Shown: positions 1 through 8,928, numbered from the stretch's first letter. The stretch: 23,108 nt of DNA from Calditrichia bacterium (GCA_037381445.1 JARRQT010000089.1:1-23108); one strand, 5' to 3'. The notes: a model not told the origin generated them from the sequence alone. Numbers and translations: made by a program.

Positions 1-312
1 CGCGAAAACAAGATAAACCTCCTGCTAAAGGGCGCGCCGTCCATTGTGTCCGATCCGGAAGGCCGGGTGTATGTGAATCCGACCGGAAATCCGGGGCTTG
101 CCAGCGGCGGCACCGGGGATGTACTTACCGGAATGGCTGCGGGGCTGCTGGCCCAGGGAATGAAGCCCCTGGAAGCAGGGTATGCAGCGAATTATCTCCA
201 TGGGCTGGTGGCGGATGAAGTTGCCGCAAAGAAAACCGTCTACGCCCTCACCGCGGGTGATATTTGGGAGAACATCGGAGCGGTACTCCACAAGCATTTC
301 GATCACCATTGA
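1..312 (+). CDS. nnr: NAD(P)H-hydrate dehydratase (YjeF C-terminal domain), 3' part; 5' end lies outside the window
   Basis: Frame is open from base 1: RENKINLLLKGAPSIV...NPTGNPGLASGGTGDVLTG...AANYLHGLVAD. The LLKG, GNPGLASGGTGDVL and HG motifs are typical of YjeF_C/NnrD. Confidence 0.92.
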   Translation, partial: RENKINLLLKGAPSIVSDPEGRVYVNPTGNPGLASGGTGDVLTGMAAGLLAQGMKPLEAGYAANYLHGLVADEVAAKKTVYALTAGDIWENIGAVLHKHFDHH

Positions 313-648
313 TTCGGACGTTTTATATGAATTTAAAATCATGAAATGGAAGTGATTTTTACATCGCTTTTGGAGAGCCAGCGGCGACTTCCTCTCCGGA
401 CGGGGAGCCGCCATCCCATTGATCTTGCCTTTCTCCGCATCCGTAATTTGTGAATTTGTATTTTTTTCATCTTGTTATTACTTTTTATGGACAGTATGCT
501 GCCGGAATTTTCATTTAAAGGCACATATTTCAGGGGAATTTATTTATTCTGCCATCAAAACATTGATTGACGCTTCGGCGGAATGATCGGTTTGTCTGGC
601 GGTCATTTCGTCAATCCCTGTGAAAATAAAAGGAAGGAAAATTAAATC

Positions 649-2093
649 ATGCGAAGCAGGAAGGCATATTTCAGGGCCCGAAATTTTCTTTTGCTGTTAC
701 TGCTGTTTGTACTTTTTGCCGGATGCCGGGATAGCCGGGAAAAGGATCCGGTTATTCAAATCGATTTATCTGCGATCAAAAAAAGAGGGAAACTGATCGC
801 CATAACCGGATACAGCGCCACCAGCTATTTCATTTACAAAGGCCAGCCCATGGGTTATGAATACGAGTTGCTCACCAGGCTGGCGCAGCATTTCGGCGTT
901 GAACTGGAGATCAAAATTGATAACAATTTTGTCAATATGTTTGAAAGGCTGAACCGGGGAGAAGGTGATCTGATTGCCTACGGTTTGACGGTGACCCAGC
1001 CGCGCAAAAAACTGGTGAACTTCACGGACTTTCTTTTCACTACCCGGCAGGTCCTCGTGCAGCGCAGACCGGATAACTGGCGTACCATGCAGGCGGACGA
1101 TATCGAAAAACAGCTTCTCAGGAATCCCATTGACCTGATCGGAAAAACGGTTTATGTAAAAAAAGCCTCCGCCTATGAAGAGAGATTAAAGAATTTATCG
1201 CAGGAAATTGGAGGGAAGATTCTGATCCGGGAGGTGGGAGGCGATACCACCACTGAGCAGTTGATTGAGGAAGTCGCGCTCGGAAATATTGATTTCACGG
1301 TATCCGACCAGCACATTGCCATGATTAATCAGGCATATTACAGTAACCTTGATGTAAACACGCCCATCAGCCTTCCCCAGCGGATTGCCTGGGCCATCCG
1401 AAAAACTTCTCCCGATCTGCTGAGTGAGGTAAACAACTGGATAGAGGAGATGAAGGGAAAAACGGCTTTTTATGTCATTTACAATAAATATTTTAAAAAC
1501 CGGCGGGCATTCGTCCGGCGCTTGAAATGAAAAGCAACTATCTCTCGGTGCAGGGAGGGAAAATTTCGCCTTGGGACAGTTTCATCAAAAAGCAGGCACA
1601 AGTCATAAACTGGGACTGGCGGCTGCTGGCATCCCTTATTTTTAAGGAATCCCAGTTTGAGCCCCGCGCTGAATCGTGGAGCGGCGCAGTGGGGCTGATG
1701 CAGGTTATTCCGCGGATTGGCAGGGAATATGGGATCCATAATTTAAGGAATCCTCACCAGAATATCGAAGCGGGGGTCCGGTATATAAAATGGCTGCAGA
1801 ATTACTGGAAAGATGAAATTCAGGATGAAAGAGAACGGACCAAATTCGTTCTGGCTTCTTACAATGTGGGAATCGGGCATGTGCAGGATGCCCGGAAGCT
1901 TGCCCTTAAGTACGGCAGGTTGCCCGATATCTGGGACCAGAATGTGGCCTATTACATCCTGCGTCTTTCCGAAGAGAAGTTTTACACGGATCAGGTGGTG
2001 GAATTTGGCTACTGCAGGGGAATTGAGCCCTATAACTATGTCGAAGATATACTGGAAATCTATCGGCAATACAGTCAGATTTCGGATATATAA
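649..2093 (+). pseudogene. mltF: MltF-type lytic murein transglycosylase (lipoprotein, substrate-binding domain + SLT domain), split by a 5-bp duplication into ORFs 649-1530 and 1527-2093
   Basis: The first ORF has a lipobox (FAGC) and an SBP family 3 domain (YFIYKGQPMGYEYEL, GDLIAYGLTVT). The second has SLT motifs (DWRLLASLIFKESQF, GAVGLMQV, ASYNVG). TGAAA occurs at both 1523-1527 and 1528-1532. Removing one copy gives a single 479-aa frame (...RRLK-SNYLS...). Confidence 0.85.
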
Positions 2094-2376
2094 GGTGGTC
2101 AATTTCTCCCGCGGTTTTGTCGGATTCGGTTCTTCGGTGACCAAACTCTTTTCATTGATCTGAAACTCGCCTGTATGGTCTGGTCTTCAGGATTTGATTA
2201 CGACCGGCGCCTTCGCCGCCATATTTTAAAAGTGCGGAACGGTTTAAAAGCAGGAAAGTTAATTCACTGACAAAGTCCGGCATGTTTTTCTTCTTGCTAT
2301 TGACGGTTGATTTCGCGAATTTTATTGCCGGAACAGTAAATAAACATAGTATTTATGTGGAGTGCAGCAAAATCCA

Positions 2377-2778
2377 ATGAAATTATTAGAAGGCAAAAAA
2401 CAATCGAGGATGCCGCTCAATATCACGTCCCTTATTGACGTGCTGTTTATCCTGATCATCTTTTTCGCGGTTTCATCCACCTTTCTGGAACAGCCGGGTA
2501 TAAAACTGGCGCTTCCCCAGGCCAAGGCAACGAATCTGCAAAAAGTGGAAAAGGCGGTCGTATATATATCCGCTGATAAAAAACTGGTATTCAATAACAA
2601 GGAGGTGACCCTGCAGAACCTGGGTCCTCTGCTGAAGGATGCGATGGAACAGAGTCAGAATAAGACCTTGATTATCGAAGCCGATAAGGATGTACCGCAC
2701 GGTCTGGTGGTCACGGTGATGGATATTGCGCGACAAAGCGGCGTCCAGAAACTGGTTATTGGGACCGAACAGAAATGA
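2377..2778 (+). CDS. exbD: Biopolymer transporter ExbD/TolR family protein
   Basis: LNITSLIDVLFILIIFF transmembrane segment with the conserved Asp, and a C-terminal IIEADKDVPHGLVVTVMD motif. Start is ATG 2377 or GTG 2362. Confidence 0.9.
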   Translation: MKLLEGKKQSRMPLNITSLIDVLFILIIFFAVSSTFLEQPGIKLALPQAKATNLQKVEKAVVYISADKKLVFNNKEVTLQNLGPLLKDAMEQSQNKTLIIEADKDVPHGLVVTVMDIARQSGVQKLVIGTEQK

Positions 2779-2819
2779 CGTCCGTCCCGGGGGCAAGAAT
2801 AAACTGACAAAAACGGTTC

Positions 2820-3926
2820 ATGGAAATAGATAGCTTTAATACTGAAATCGGACATCCGGAAATCCAGGTCCGTATTCTTAACTCGATCAAATCGGAGCGG
2901 CTCCCCCACGCCTATCTTTTTTACGGGAATGAAGGATCGGGAAAAGAAGCATTCGCCATTGAGGTGGCCAAGCTGCTGAACTGCGAGAAAGGTCCGTTTT
3001 ATATCTGCCAGACCTGCTCCCAGTGCCGGAAGATATCACAATTGCAGCATCCGGATGTCAGTTTTATTTTCCCCACCCCCAGTTCGGGCAATGTGAAACC
3101 GGAAAATATCGCTGAAGCGCTGCAGGAAAAGGCGCGCAATCCTTACCGCCGGATTTCATTTCCCGGCAAGAACACTTTTATTTCCATTGATACCGTTCGC
3201 GACTTAAAATATGAGTCGAAATTCAAATTGTATGAAGGAAAAAAGAAGGTATATATCATCAGCGAAGCGGACGAAATGCGCCCGGAGGCTGCCAACGCTT
3301 TATTGAAAATCCTGGAAGAGCCCCCGGAAAACCTGATGATCATCCTGACGACCTCGCGTATCCACCGGATTCTTCCCACCATCCGGTCCCGTTGTCAACT
3401 GGTCCATTTTCCGCCCCTGAATGGGGACCTGGTTTTGAAGATCGTTCGAAAATATGCCCAGGATCCGCCGGAGCATCTGTCGAAGATCATCCGGCTGGCG
3501 CTGGAAAACGTCAAAATGGCGTTTGATTTTATGGAAGACAATGCGCTGGAAAAACGGGACCAGGCCGTTGAATTCCTGCGGAAAGTGGTCGTGATTGAAA
3601 AATCGCAGGAGCTGCTGGCTTTCGTAGAAGGCATTACTGCGCCGAGAGACCGGCGGGAAATGGAACTGCTTCTTTTCTTCCTGCAGACCTGGATCCGGGA
3701 TGCCTATCATCTGAAGACCGGGGTGGCAAAAGGAGATCAACTGGTCAATTCCGATCTGGAAAAAAATCTGAACGGCTTCATAAACGGATACCCCAATGCG
3801 GATTATCCGGCAATCATCGGGCAGTTGCAGCAGGCGGTACAGGAGCTGGACGACCCCAGAAATTTAAATCCAACATTGATTTTTGCGAACCTCGCTATTA
3901 AACTTAATCACTTGATTAAGAAGTAA
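2820..3926 (+). CDS. holB: DNA polymerase III subunit delta'
   Basis: RLPHAYLFYGNEGSGKE, Zn cysteines (C..CQTCSQC), HPD, AANALLKILEEPP and PTIRSRCQ motifs. Confidence 0.95.
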   Translation: MEIDSFNTEIGHPEIQVRILNSIKSERLPHAYLFYGNEGSGKEAFAIEVAKLLNCEKGPFYICQTCSQCRKISQLQHPDVSFIFPTPSSGNVKPENIAEALQEKARNPYRRISFPGKNTFISIDTVRDLKYESKFKLYEGKKKVYIISEADEMRPEAANALLKILEEPPENLMIILTTSRIHRILPTIRSRCQLVHFPPLNGDLVLKIVRKYAQDPPEHLSKIIRLALENVKMAFDFMEDNALEKRDQAVEFLRKVVVIEKSQELLAFVEGITAPRDRREMELLLFFLQTWIRDAYHLKTGVAKGDQLVNSDLEKNLNGFINGYPNADYPAIIGQLQQAVQELDDPRNLNPTLIFANLAIKLNHLIKK

Positions 3927-3946
3927 TATAAAGAAAGGAAGGTATA

Positions 3947-4747
3947 ATGGCTTCTGAGTTGGTAGAAGTCGCCTTCAAGGGCAATCGAACAGGGATTTAT
4001 ACAAATCCTGTTGAAATAAATTTAAAGACCGGCGATCACGTCATTGTTGAAGCGGAGAGAGGCGAAGACCTCGGTATGGTAGTGGCATTGGGACGTGTTG
4101 TCTCCCTGAAGGACATGAAAAATGAGCCTCTGCCTGTCATGCGTCTGGCCACCCCGGATGATATGAAGAAACTGCAGGAAAACCGCGGCACCGAAGAAAA
4201 TGCTTTCGAAGTCTGCAAAGAGCGAATCCTGCATCACAATCTGAATATGAAGCTGGTTGATGTGGAATACCAGTTCGACCGCAACAAGCTGACTTTCTAT
4301 TTCACATCCGATCAGCGGGTAGACTTCCGCCAGTTGGTGCGGGACCTGGCCGGCAAATACCGCACCCGCATCGAACTGCGGCAGATCGGTGTCCGCGATG
4401 AAGCCAAACGCATCGGCGGCTACGGCACCTGCGGCTACAAACTCTGCTGCTCCACTTTCATACGGGAGTTCGAAGCGATTACTACCCAGTACGCCAAGGA
4501 GCAGCTGCTTCCCATGAACCCATCGAAACTTTCCGGCGTGTGCGGTCGTTTGAAATGCTGCCTGGCTTTTGAAAAAGTATTTTATATTCAGGAGATGGAG
4601 AAATATCCGGAAGTGGATAAACCCATCCAAACCCCGCATGGGAAAGGGATGGTTGATAAGATTGATATATTTCATGGTGCTGTTTATGTGCGATTCCCGA
4701 ACGAAGAGATTGAAAAATTTGCTCTTGATGAGTTGAAGCGGTCCTGA
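3947..4747 (+). CDS. ricT: PSP1-domain protein (YaaT/RicT family, Fe-S)
   Basis: RVDFRQLVRDLA..RTRIELRQIGVRDEAK, GTCGYKLCC and LSGVCGRLKCCLAFE motifs. It follows holB, as yaaT does in Bacillus. Confidence 0.9.
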   Translation: MASELVEVAFKGNRTGIYTNPVEINLKTGDHVIVEAERGEDLGMVVALGRVVSLKDMKNEPLPVMRLATPDDMKKLQENRGTEENAFEVCKERILHHNLNMKLVDVEYQFDRNKLTFYFTSDQRVDFRQLVRDLAGKYRTRIELRQIGVRDEAKRIGGYGTCGYKLCCSTFIREFEAITTQYAKEQLLPMNPSKLSGVCGRLKCCLAFEKVFYIQEMEKYPEVDKPIQTPHGKGMVDKIDIFHGAVYVRFPNEEIEKFALDELKRS

Positions 4748-4774
4748 GCCGAACCGAGAGGAGAATAACCACCC

Positions 4775-6817
4775 GTGGGAGAGAAGAAATACCTGATTAC
4801 CAGTGCATTGCCGTATGCCAATGGTCCCCTTCATCTGGGGCATCTTGCCGGCGCCTACCTGCCGGGAGACATTTACGCCCGCTATTGCCGGCTGAAAAAG
4901 CGTGATACCGTTTACATCTGCGGGACGGACGAACACGGCGTTCCCATCACAATTACTGCTGAAAAGGAAAATAAAACGCCTCAGCAGGTTGTAGACTACT
5001 ATTTCGAAAGAATCAAACGCGGCTTCGAAATGTTCGGGATGAGTTTCGACAACTTTTCCCGTACTTCCCGCCCTGTTCATCATCAAACGGCGCAGGACTT
5101 TTTTCTGAGGCTGCACGAAAAAGGTTACATGGACCAGAAAGAGGTCCAGCAGTTCTATTGCGAACACGACAAGATGTTTCTGGCGGACCGTTATGTGGAG
5201 GGCGAATGCCCTTATTGCCATTATGCCGAGGCGCGCGGCGATCAGTGCGAAAATTGTGGAAAATGGCTGGAGCCTACCCAGCTCATTCATCCCAAATGTA
5301 AAATTTGCGGGAATACGCCGGTCATCCGGGAAACGACCCATTACTTTCTGCAGCTTTCCAAGTTCCAGTCCCGCCTGAGTGAATGGATAAACAGCAAATC
5401 CGATTGGCGGAGCAATGTGGTCAATTTCTGCAACAACTGGTTCAAGGAGGGATTGGAAGACCGGGCGGTGACCCGCGATCTGAAATGGGGCGTGCCGGTA
5501 CCGCTGGAAGACGCAAAGGATAAAGTGCTGTATGTCTGGTTCGAAGCGCCCATCGGTTATATTTCCTCCACCAAAGAATGGGCCGAAAAAATGGGGCAGC
5601 CGGACCGCTGGAAGGACTACTGGCTGGATCCCGAAAATACCCGGCTGGTGCATTTTATCGGAAAAGACAATATTGTTTTCCACGCTATCATTTTTCCCGC
5701 CATGCTGATGGGCTATGAGGGATACGTGCTGCCCTGTAACGTCCCGGCAAACGAATTTCTGAATATCAAGGGCCTGAAATTTTCCACCAGCCGCGGACTG
5801 GCATTGTGGGTGGAAGATTTTCTCGAAAAATATCCCGCTGATTCGCTGCGCTACACCCTGGCAATCAATATGCCGGAGACCCGCGATGCGGACTTTTCCT
5901 GGGAGGAATTTCAGGCAAAGCACAACAACGAGCTGGCCGACATCCTGGGTAATTTTGTGAACCGCACTTTCACGTTCATCCGCAACTATTTTGACGGAAA
6001 ACTTCCTGTCCGGCGTGAACTGGATGAACTGGACAACGAGCTTATCGGCAAAATACGGGCGGGAAAGGAGCAGATCGGGAAGCTCATCGATGAATTTCAA
6101 TTCAAGGAGGCTACCCGCCAGTTCATGGATCTCGTGAGATTCGCCAATAAATATTTCAATGACAAGGAACCGTGGAAGACACGCCGCGATAATCCCGAAG
6201 CGTGCGCCACTACGCTGAATTTGTGTGCCCAGACGGCCTGTTCGCTGGCGGTGATGATGAATCCCTTTCTGCCTTTCACCTCCGAAAAAATATGGAAGAT
6301 GCTGCAGCTTGACGGAAAAGCTGCGGAAGCTGAGTGGGATACCATTGACGAATTCAATCTCCGTGATCTTCATGCATTGGGAGAACTGGAGATTTTGTTC
6401 GAAAAAATCCCTGATAAAATCATTGCCGCGGAAGTGGAAAACATGCGGAAAATGGGACAGGCGGCGGAGGCTGAGGAGGCGGAAGAGCCAGTCGAACCGA
6501 TTTCAATTGATGAGTTCAGAAAAGTCCAGCTGAAAACGGCGAAGGTTCTGGAAGCCGAGAGGGTTAAAGGCGCGGACAAGCTGCTTAAGCTCAAAATCCA
6601 GGTGGGGCATGAAGAACGGCAGCTGGTTGCCGGTGTGGCCCAGCATTACGCGCCGGAGGAGCTGATCGGGAAAACCATCATCATTGTGGCGAATCTGAAA
6701 CCGGCCAAGATCAGGGGAATTGAATCCCAGGGAATGCTGCTGGCGGTTAATGACGGTGAAAAACTTTCCCTGGTGACTGCCGATAAGACTGTCGCCTCCG
6801 GACGGCCGATCAGTTAA
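4775..6817 (+). CDS. metG: Methionine--tRNA ligase with C-terminal tRNA-binding domain
   Basis: ITSALPYANGPLHLGH (HIGH), Zn knuckle CPYC/CENC/CKIC, YVWFEAPIGY, KFSTS (KMSKS) and a C-terminal Trbp/OB fold (NLKPAKIRGIESQGMLL). GTG start preceded by GAGGAG. Confidence 0.97.
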   Translation: MGEKKYLITSALPYANGPLHLGHLAGAYLPGDIYARYCRLKKRDTVYICGTDEHGVPITITAEKENKTPQQVVDYYFERIKRGFEMFGMSFDNFSRTSRPVHHQTAQDFFLRLHEKGYMDQKEVQQFYCEHDKMFLADRYVEGECPYCHYAEARGDQCENCGKWLEPTQLIHPKCKICGNTPVIRETTHYFLQLSKFQSRLSEWINSKSDWRSNVVNFCNNWFKEGLEDRAVTRDLKWGVPVPLEDAKDKVLYVWFEAPIGYISSTKEWAEKMGQPDRWKDYWLDPENTRLVHFIGKDNIVFHAIIFPAMLMGYEGYVLPCNVPANEFLNIKGLKFSTSRGLALWVEDFLEKYPADSLRYTLAINMPETRDADFSWEEFQAKHNNELADILGNFVNRTFTFIRNYFDGKLPVRRELDELDNELIGKIRAGKEQIGKLIDEFQFKEATRQFMDLVRFANKYFNDKEPWKTRRDNPEACATTLNLCAQTACSLAVMMNPFLPFTSEKIWKMLQLDGKAAEAEWDTIDEFNLRDLHALGELEILFEKIPDKIIAAEVENMRKMGQAAEAEEAEEPVEPISIDEFRKVQLKTAKVLEAERVKGADKLLKLKIQVGHEERQLVAGVAQHYAPEELIGKTIIIVANLKPAKIRGIESQGMLLAVNDGEKLSLVTADKTVASGRPIS

Positions 6818-6871
6818 TAATAATCATCGGCTGGCATCCATTGCCGGATCTCAATAATTTTTTCAGACAAT

Positions 6872-6905
6872 AAAAAAGCGCCGTTAAATAAACCGGCGCT
6901 TTTTT
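6872..6905. terminator. Bidirectional intrinsic terminator
   Basis: AAAAAAGCGCCG-10 nt-CGGCGCTTTTTT between convergent metG and the 6975-7838 gene. Confidence 0.88.
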
Positions 6906-6974
6906 AATTTCCCGGGAGCACATGCCTTCCCGGGAGAAACCTCCTCATTGGTCTCTTTTATTGAGGCACCTATC

Positions 6975-7838
6975 TTACCCCTTGGTCATGATGACCAGAT
7001 ATTTGATTTTCCAGAACGAACTGGGATTAATAATTTCCAGCAGAGTCTGATTTTCATCTTTTTTCACCAGATGATAGGATTCCGGATCGTGCGGAGAAAT
7101 TATTCTCACATTTTTGATGCTCCGGTCGATAGGAATGACTTCGTCTGTGACCATATTCAGTCTGGTAAACTCGTCAGTGTCGAATCCTGGTGCCAGTTTC
7201 TTGGTCTTGCGGATGCCCAGAAAACCGCCCTTTTCCTCGATAATTCCCTTGCCCTTCAGATCTTTTTCATTGCCAATAATATAAAAGGCGGAATTGATGG
7301 TGCTGGTCTGATTGGCAATCAGCTCTTCCCGCTGCTGGAGCTTGCCTTCCACCTCTGCAACGCGCGTATTTAATTGCTCCACTTTCTGCCGCAGCTCGCC
7401 GATTTCCTGTTCCTTGGCCTCAATGGTTTGGTTTAATTTGGTGATGGTTTCCTCAAATGTTGCGTTATTCAGCAATGCGGTATGCAGTTTTTCCTGCAGC
7501 CTGTTGAGTTTGACTTTGCTCTCCTTCAGATATGATTCAATACTGGAAACATTATTCAGCATCTTTTCACGGTAGGAAGCAATCTGTTTCTTCTCCGAAT
7601 CCTGGGTGAACTTGGTGACCATGCCTTCTTTTTTGCGAATGCGCTCCAGATTGTCATATACGTCATTGATGGTCTTCGTATATTCCTCTATGAACTGGTC
7701 TTTGAGGGAGGACTGTTCGGTCAGTAAACTGAATTCCTTTTTGAGCTTAGAATTCTGCTGTTCCAGCTGAGCGATCTTCTGCTTGTCGGTACAGCCGAAG
7801 AATACCACAAAAGCGAGTAGAAAAGTAATATATTTCAT
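6975..7838 (-). CDS. Coiled-coil lipoprotein resembling the Bacteroidota Cbp1-family adhesins
   Basis: Lipobox FFGC, a long heptad-rich coiled coil, and a C-terminal domain FYIIGNEKDLK..II...ISPH.PESY.L...LEIINPSSFWKIKYLVI. The family assignment is from recalled similarity, not a search. Confidence 0.75.
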   Translation of the reverse strand: MKYITFLLAFVVFFGCTDKQKIAQLEQQNSKLKKEFSLLTEQSSLKDQFIEEYTKTINDVYDNLERIRKKEGMVTKFTQDSEKKQIASYREKMLNNVSSIESYLKESKVKLNRLQEKLHTALLNNATFEETITKLNQTIEAKEQEIGELRQKVEQLNTRVAEVEGKLQQREELIANQTSTINSAFYIIGNEKDLKGKGIIEEKGGFLGIRKTKKLAPGFDTDEFTRLNMVTDEVIPIDRSIKNVRIISPHDPESYHLVKKDENQTLLEIINPSSFWKIKYLVIMTKG

Positions 7839-7840
7839 AT

Positions 7841-8275
7841 CTATTTCTCCTTCATTTTCCAGTAACTTAATGAATCCTGTTTGATTGATTCCAGGACAAG
7901 TTTGCCATCTGCGTCGCGCTGGATTTTACCGGCATCCATGGAGTTGAATTCGATCACATTTTTATCCAGCAGGATCTTGCCTTCGCCGTCCTTGCGGTCT
8001 TCCACGGAATTCATTTTGTAGGCAAAACGGATGACATCATTCGTCGAATCGAGCGGCTCCAGGTTTAGGGTTATCAGTCTCATGCCGGTTTCCGATTCAG
8101 CGAAACCAATGTAGAATTTCTTCACGTCATTAATGCTCAGTTTTGCATGGCTGCTGTCCGCCTGAATGCTTTCGGATGGCGTGTTCTGCGGGTTCGTGGC
8201 TGGGGGGACGGTCTGTTCCTCCCCGGCAAAGCCGGCCAAATAGAAGATGAGAATCAACATCATAAGAAATTTCAT
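7841..8275 (-). CDS. Secreted hypothetical protein (144 aa)
   Basis: Strong RBS (AGGAGG) and a signal peptide (MKFLMMLILIFYLAGFA), then a P/T/S/Q linker and a beta-rich domain. It ends 2 nt before the next start, suggesting an operon. Confidence 0.8.
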   Translation of the reverse strand: MKFLMMLILIFYLAGFAGEEQTVPPATNPQNTPSESIQADSSHAKLSINDVKKFYIGFAESETGMRLITLNLEPLDSTNDVIRFAYKMNSVEDRKDGEGKILLDKNVIEFNSMDAGKIQRDADGKLVLESIKQDSLSYWKMKEK

Positions 8276-8422
8276 AAAAAGCCTCCTACCTTAAATGAAA
8301 AATTGTTAAGTGAGAAATTTATAATAAATTATGGGTGATCAGATTTTTGTCTTCGAAAAACAGTATAAAATAAAAAGTGCATAGGGTGAATTTCAGAGAA
8401 TACGGCAAATCAGTTAATGGAT

Positions 8423-8623
8423 TCATGCCAGGGTTTTTTCTTTATAATCGTAGATGGCGATGTAGAGTTTATCCACCAGTTCTTTGGCCTGTTCCAATCG
8501 TTCGATGCTGCACAAAAAGTAGATCTGCGTCAGAATGTTATCAATGCGGTGATTATTTCTCCCATTCTTGAATAATGCCAGATACTCAGCATTGGTAATG
8601 ATTGAAACGGCCTCGGTTGACAT
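8423..8623 (-). CDS. Small hypothetical protein (66 aa, predicted helical)
   Basis: GAGGTG Shine-Dalgarno 5 nt before the ATG. It fills an otherwise empty intergenic gap and has a candidate sigma54 promoter upstream. Confidence 0.65.
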   Translation of the reverse strand: MSTEAVSIITNAEYLALFKNGRNNHRIDNILTQIYFLCSIERLEQAKELVDKLYIAIYDYKEKTLA

Positions 8624-8673
8624 TTTTTCACCTCATATTTTTGAATTCACCTCCTGAACCCATATCTCAGTAT

Positions 8674-8690
8674 CGCAATTTGAATACCAG
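8674..8690 (-). promoter_or_regulatory. Candidate sigma54 (-24/-12) promoter for the 66-aa gene
   Basis: Minus strand reads CTGGTATTCAAATTGCG, i.e. GG-N10-GC, close to the TGGCAC-N5-TTGC consensus. Confidence 0.55.
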
Positions 8691-8786
8691 AATTTCTGGG
8701 CGGTCCATCGCGGTGTATGAGGGATCTGTTTCAACTTGATTTTGCTGCGGATTTGTATTCTTCCGTCTTATGTTTTACTGAAATCC

Positions 8787-8843
8787 TGATGAATTTTTCT
8801 CAATCTATTGTGCATATTTTACACACCCCTGCAATTTTCTGCA
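8787..8843. promoter_or_regulatory. Phased imperfect palindromes, candidate activator (UAS) or repressor sites
   Basis: TGATGAATTTTTCTCA (8787-8802), TGTGCATATTTTACACA (8809-8825) and TGCAATTTTCTGCA (8830-8843), with centres about 20-22 bp apart. Confidence 0.45.
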
Positions 8844-8928
8844 TAGATCGAACGCTTTACCTCCATCCGGCTTCAGGAACTTCTCTCATGCATTTTCATT
8901 TTTATTAGAACAAGCCGGGAGGTGCATA

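Noticed and set aside
1528..1530. Selenocysteine or readthrough at the mltF TGA
   Set aside because: The downstream domain is in a different frame, so readthrough would not restore it. The 5-bp duplication explains the split.
2094..2290. Short open frames on both strands downstream of mltF
   Set aside because: No convincing start plus RBS and no recognisable similarity, including to ExbB.
4745..4777. Possible readthrough fusion of ricT and metG (same frame, TGA stop)
   Set aside because: A second in-frame stop (TAA) lies in the spacer, and metG has its own RBS.
4022..6373. 783-aa antisense ORF spanning ricT and metG
   Set aside because: It is a shadow frame of two genes that share a reading frame. 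It has no recognisable motifs, and codon bias of the sense genes explains the lack of stops.
8717..8908. 63-aa plus-strand ORF upstream of ldh
   Set aside because: No clear RBS, and it overlaps the apparent regulatory region.
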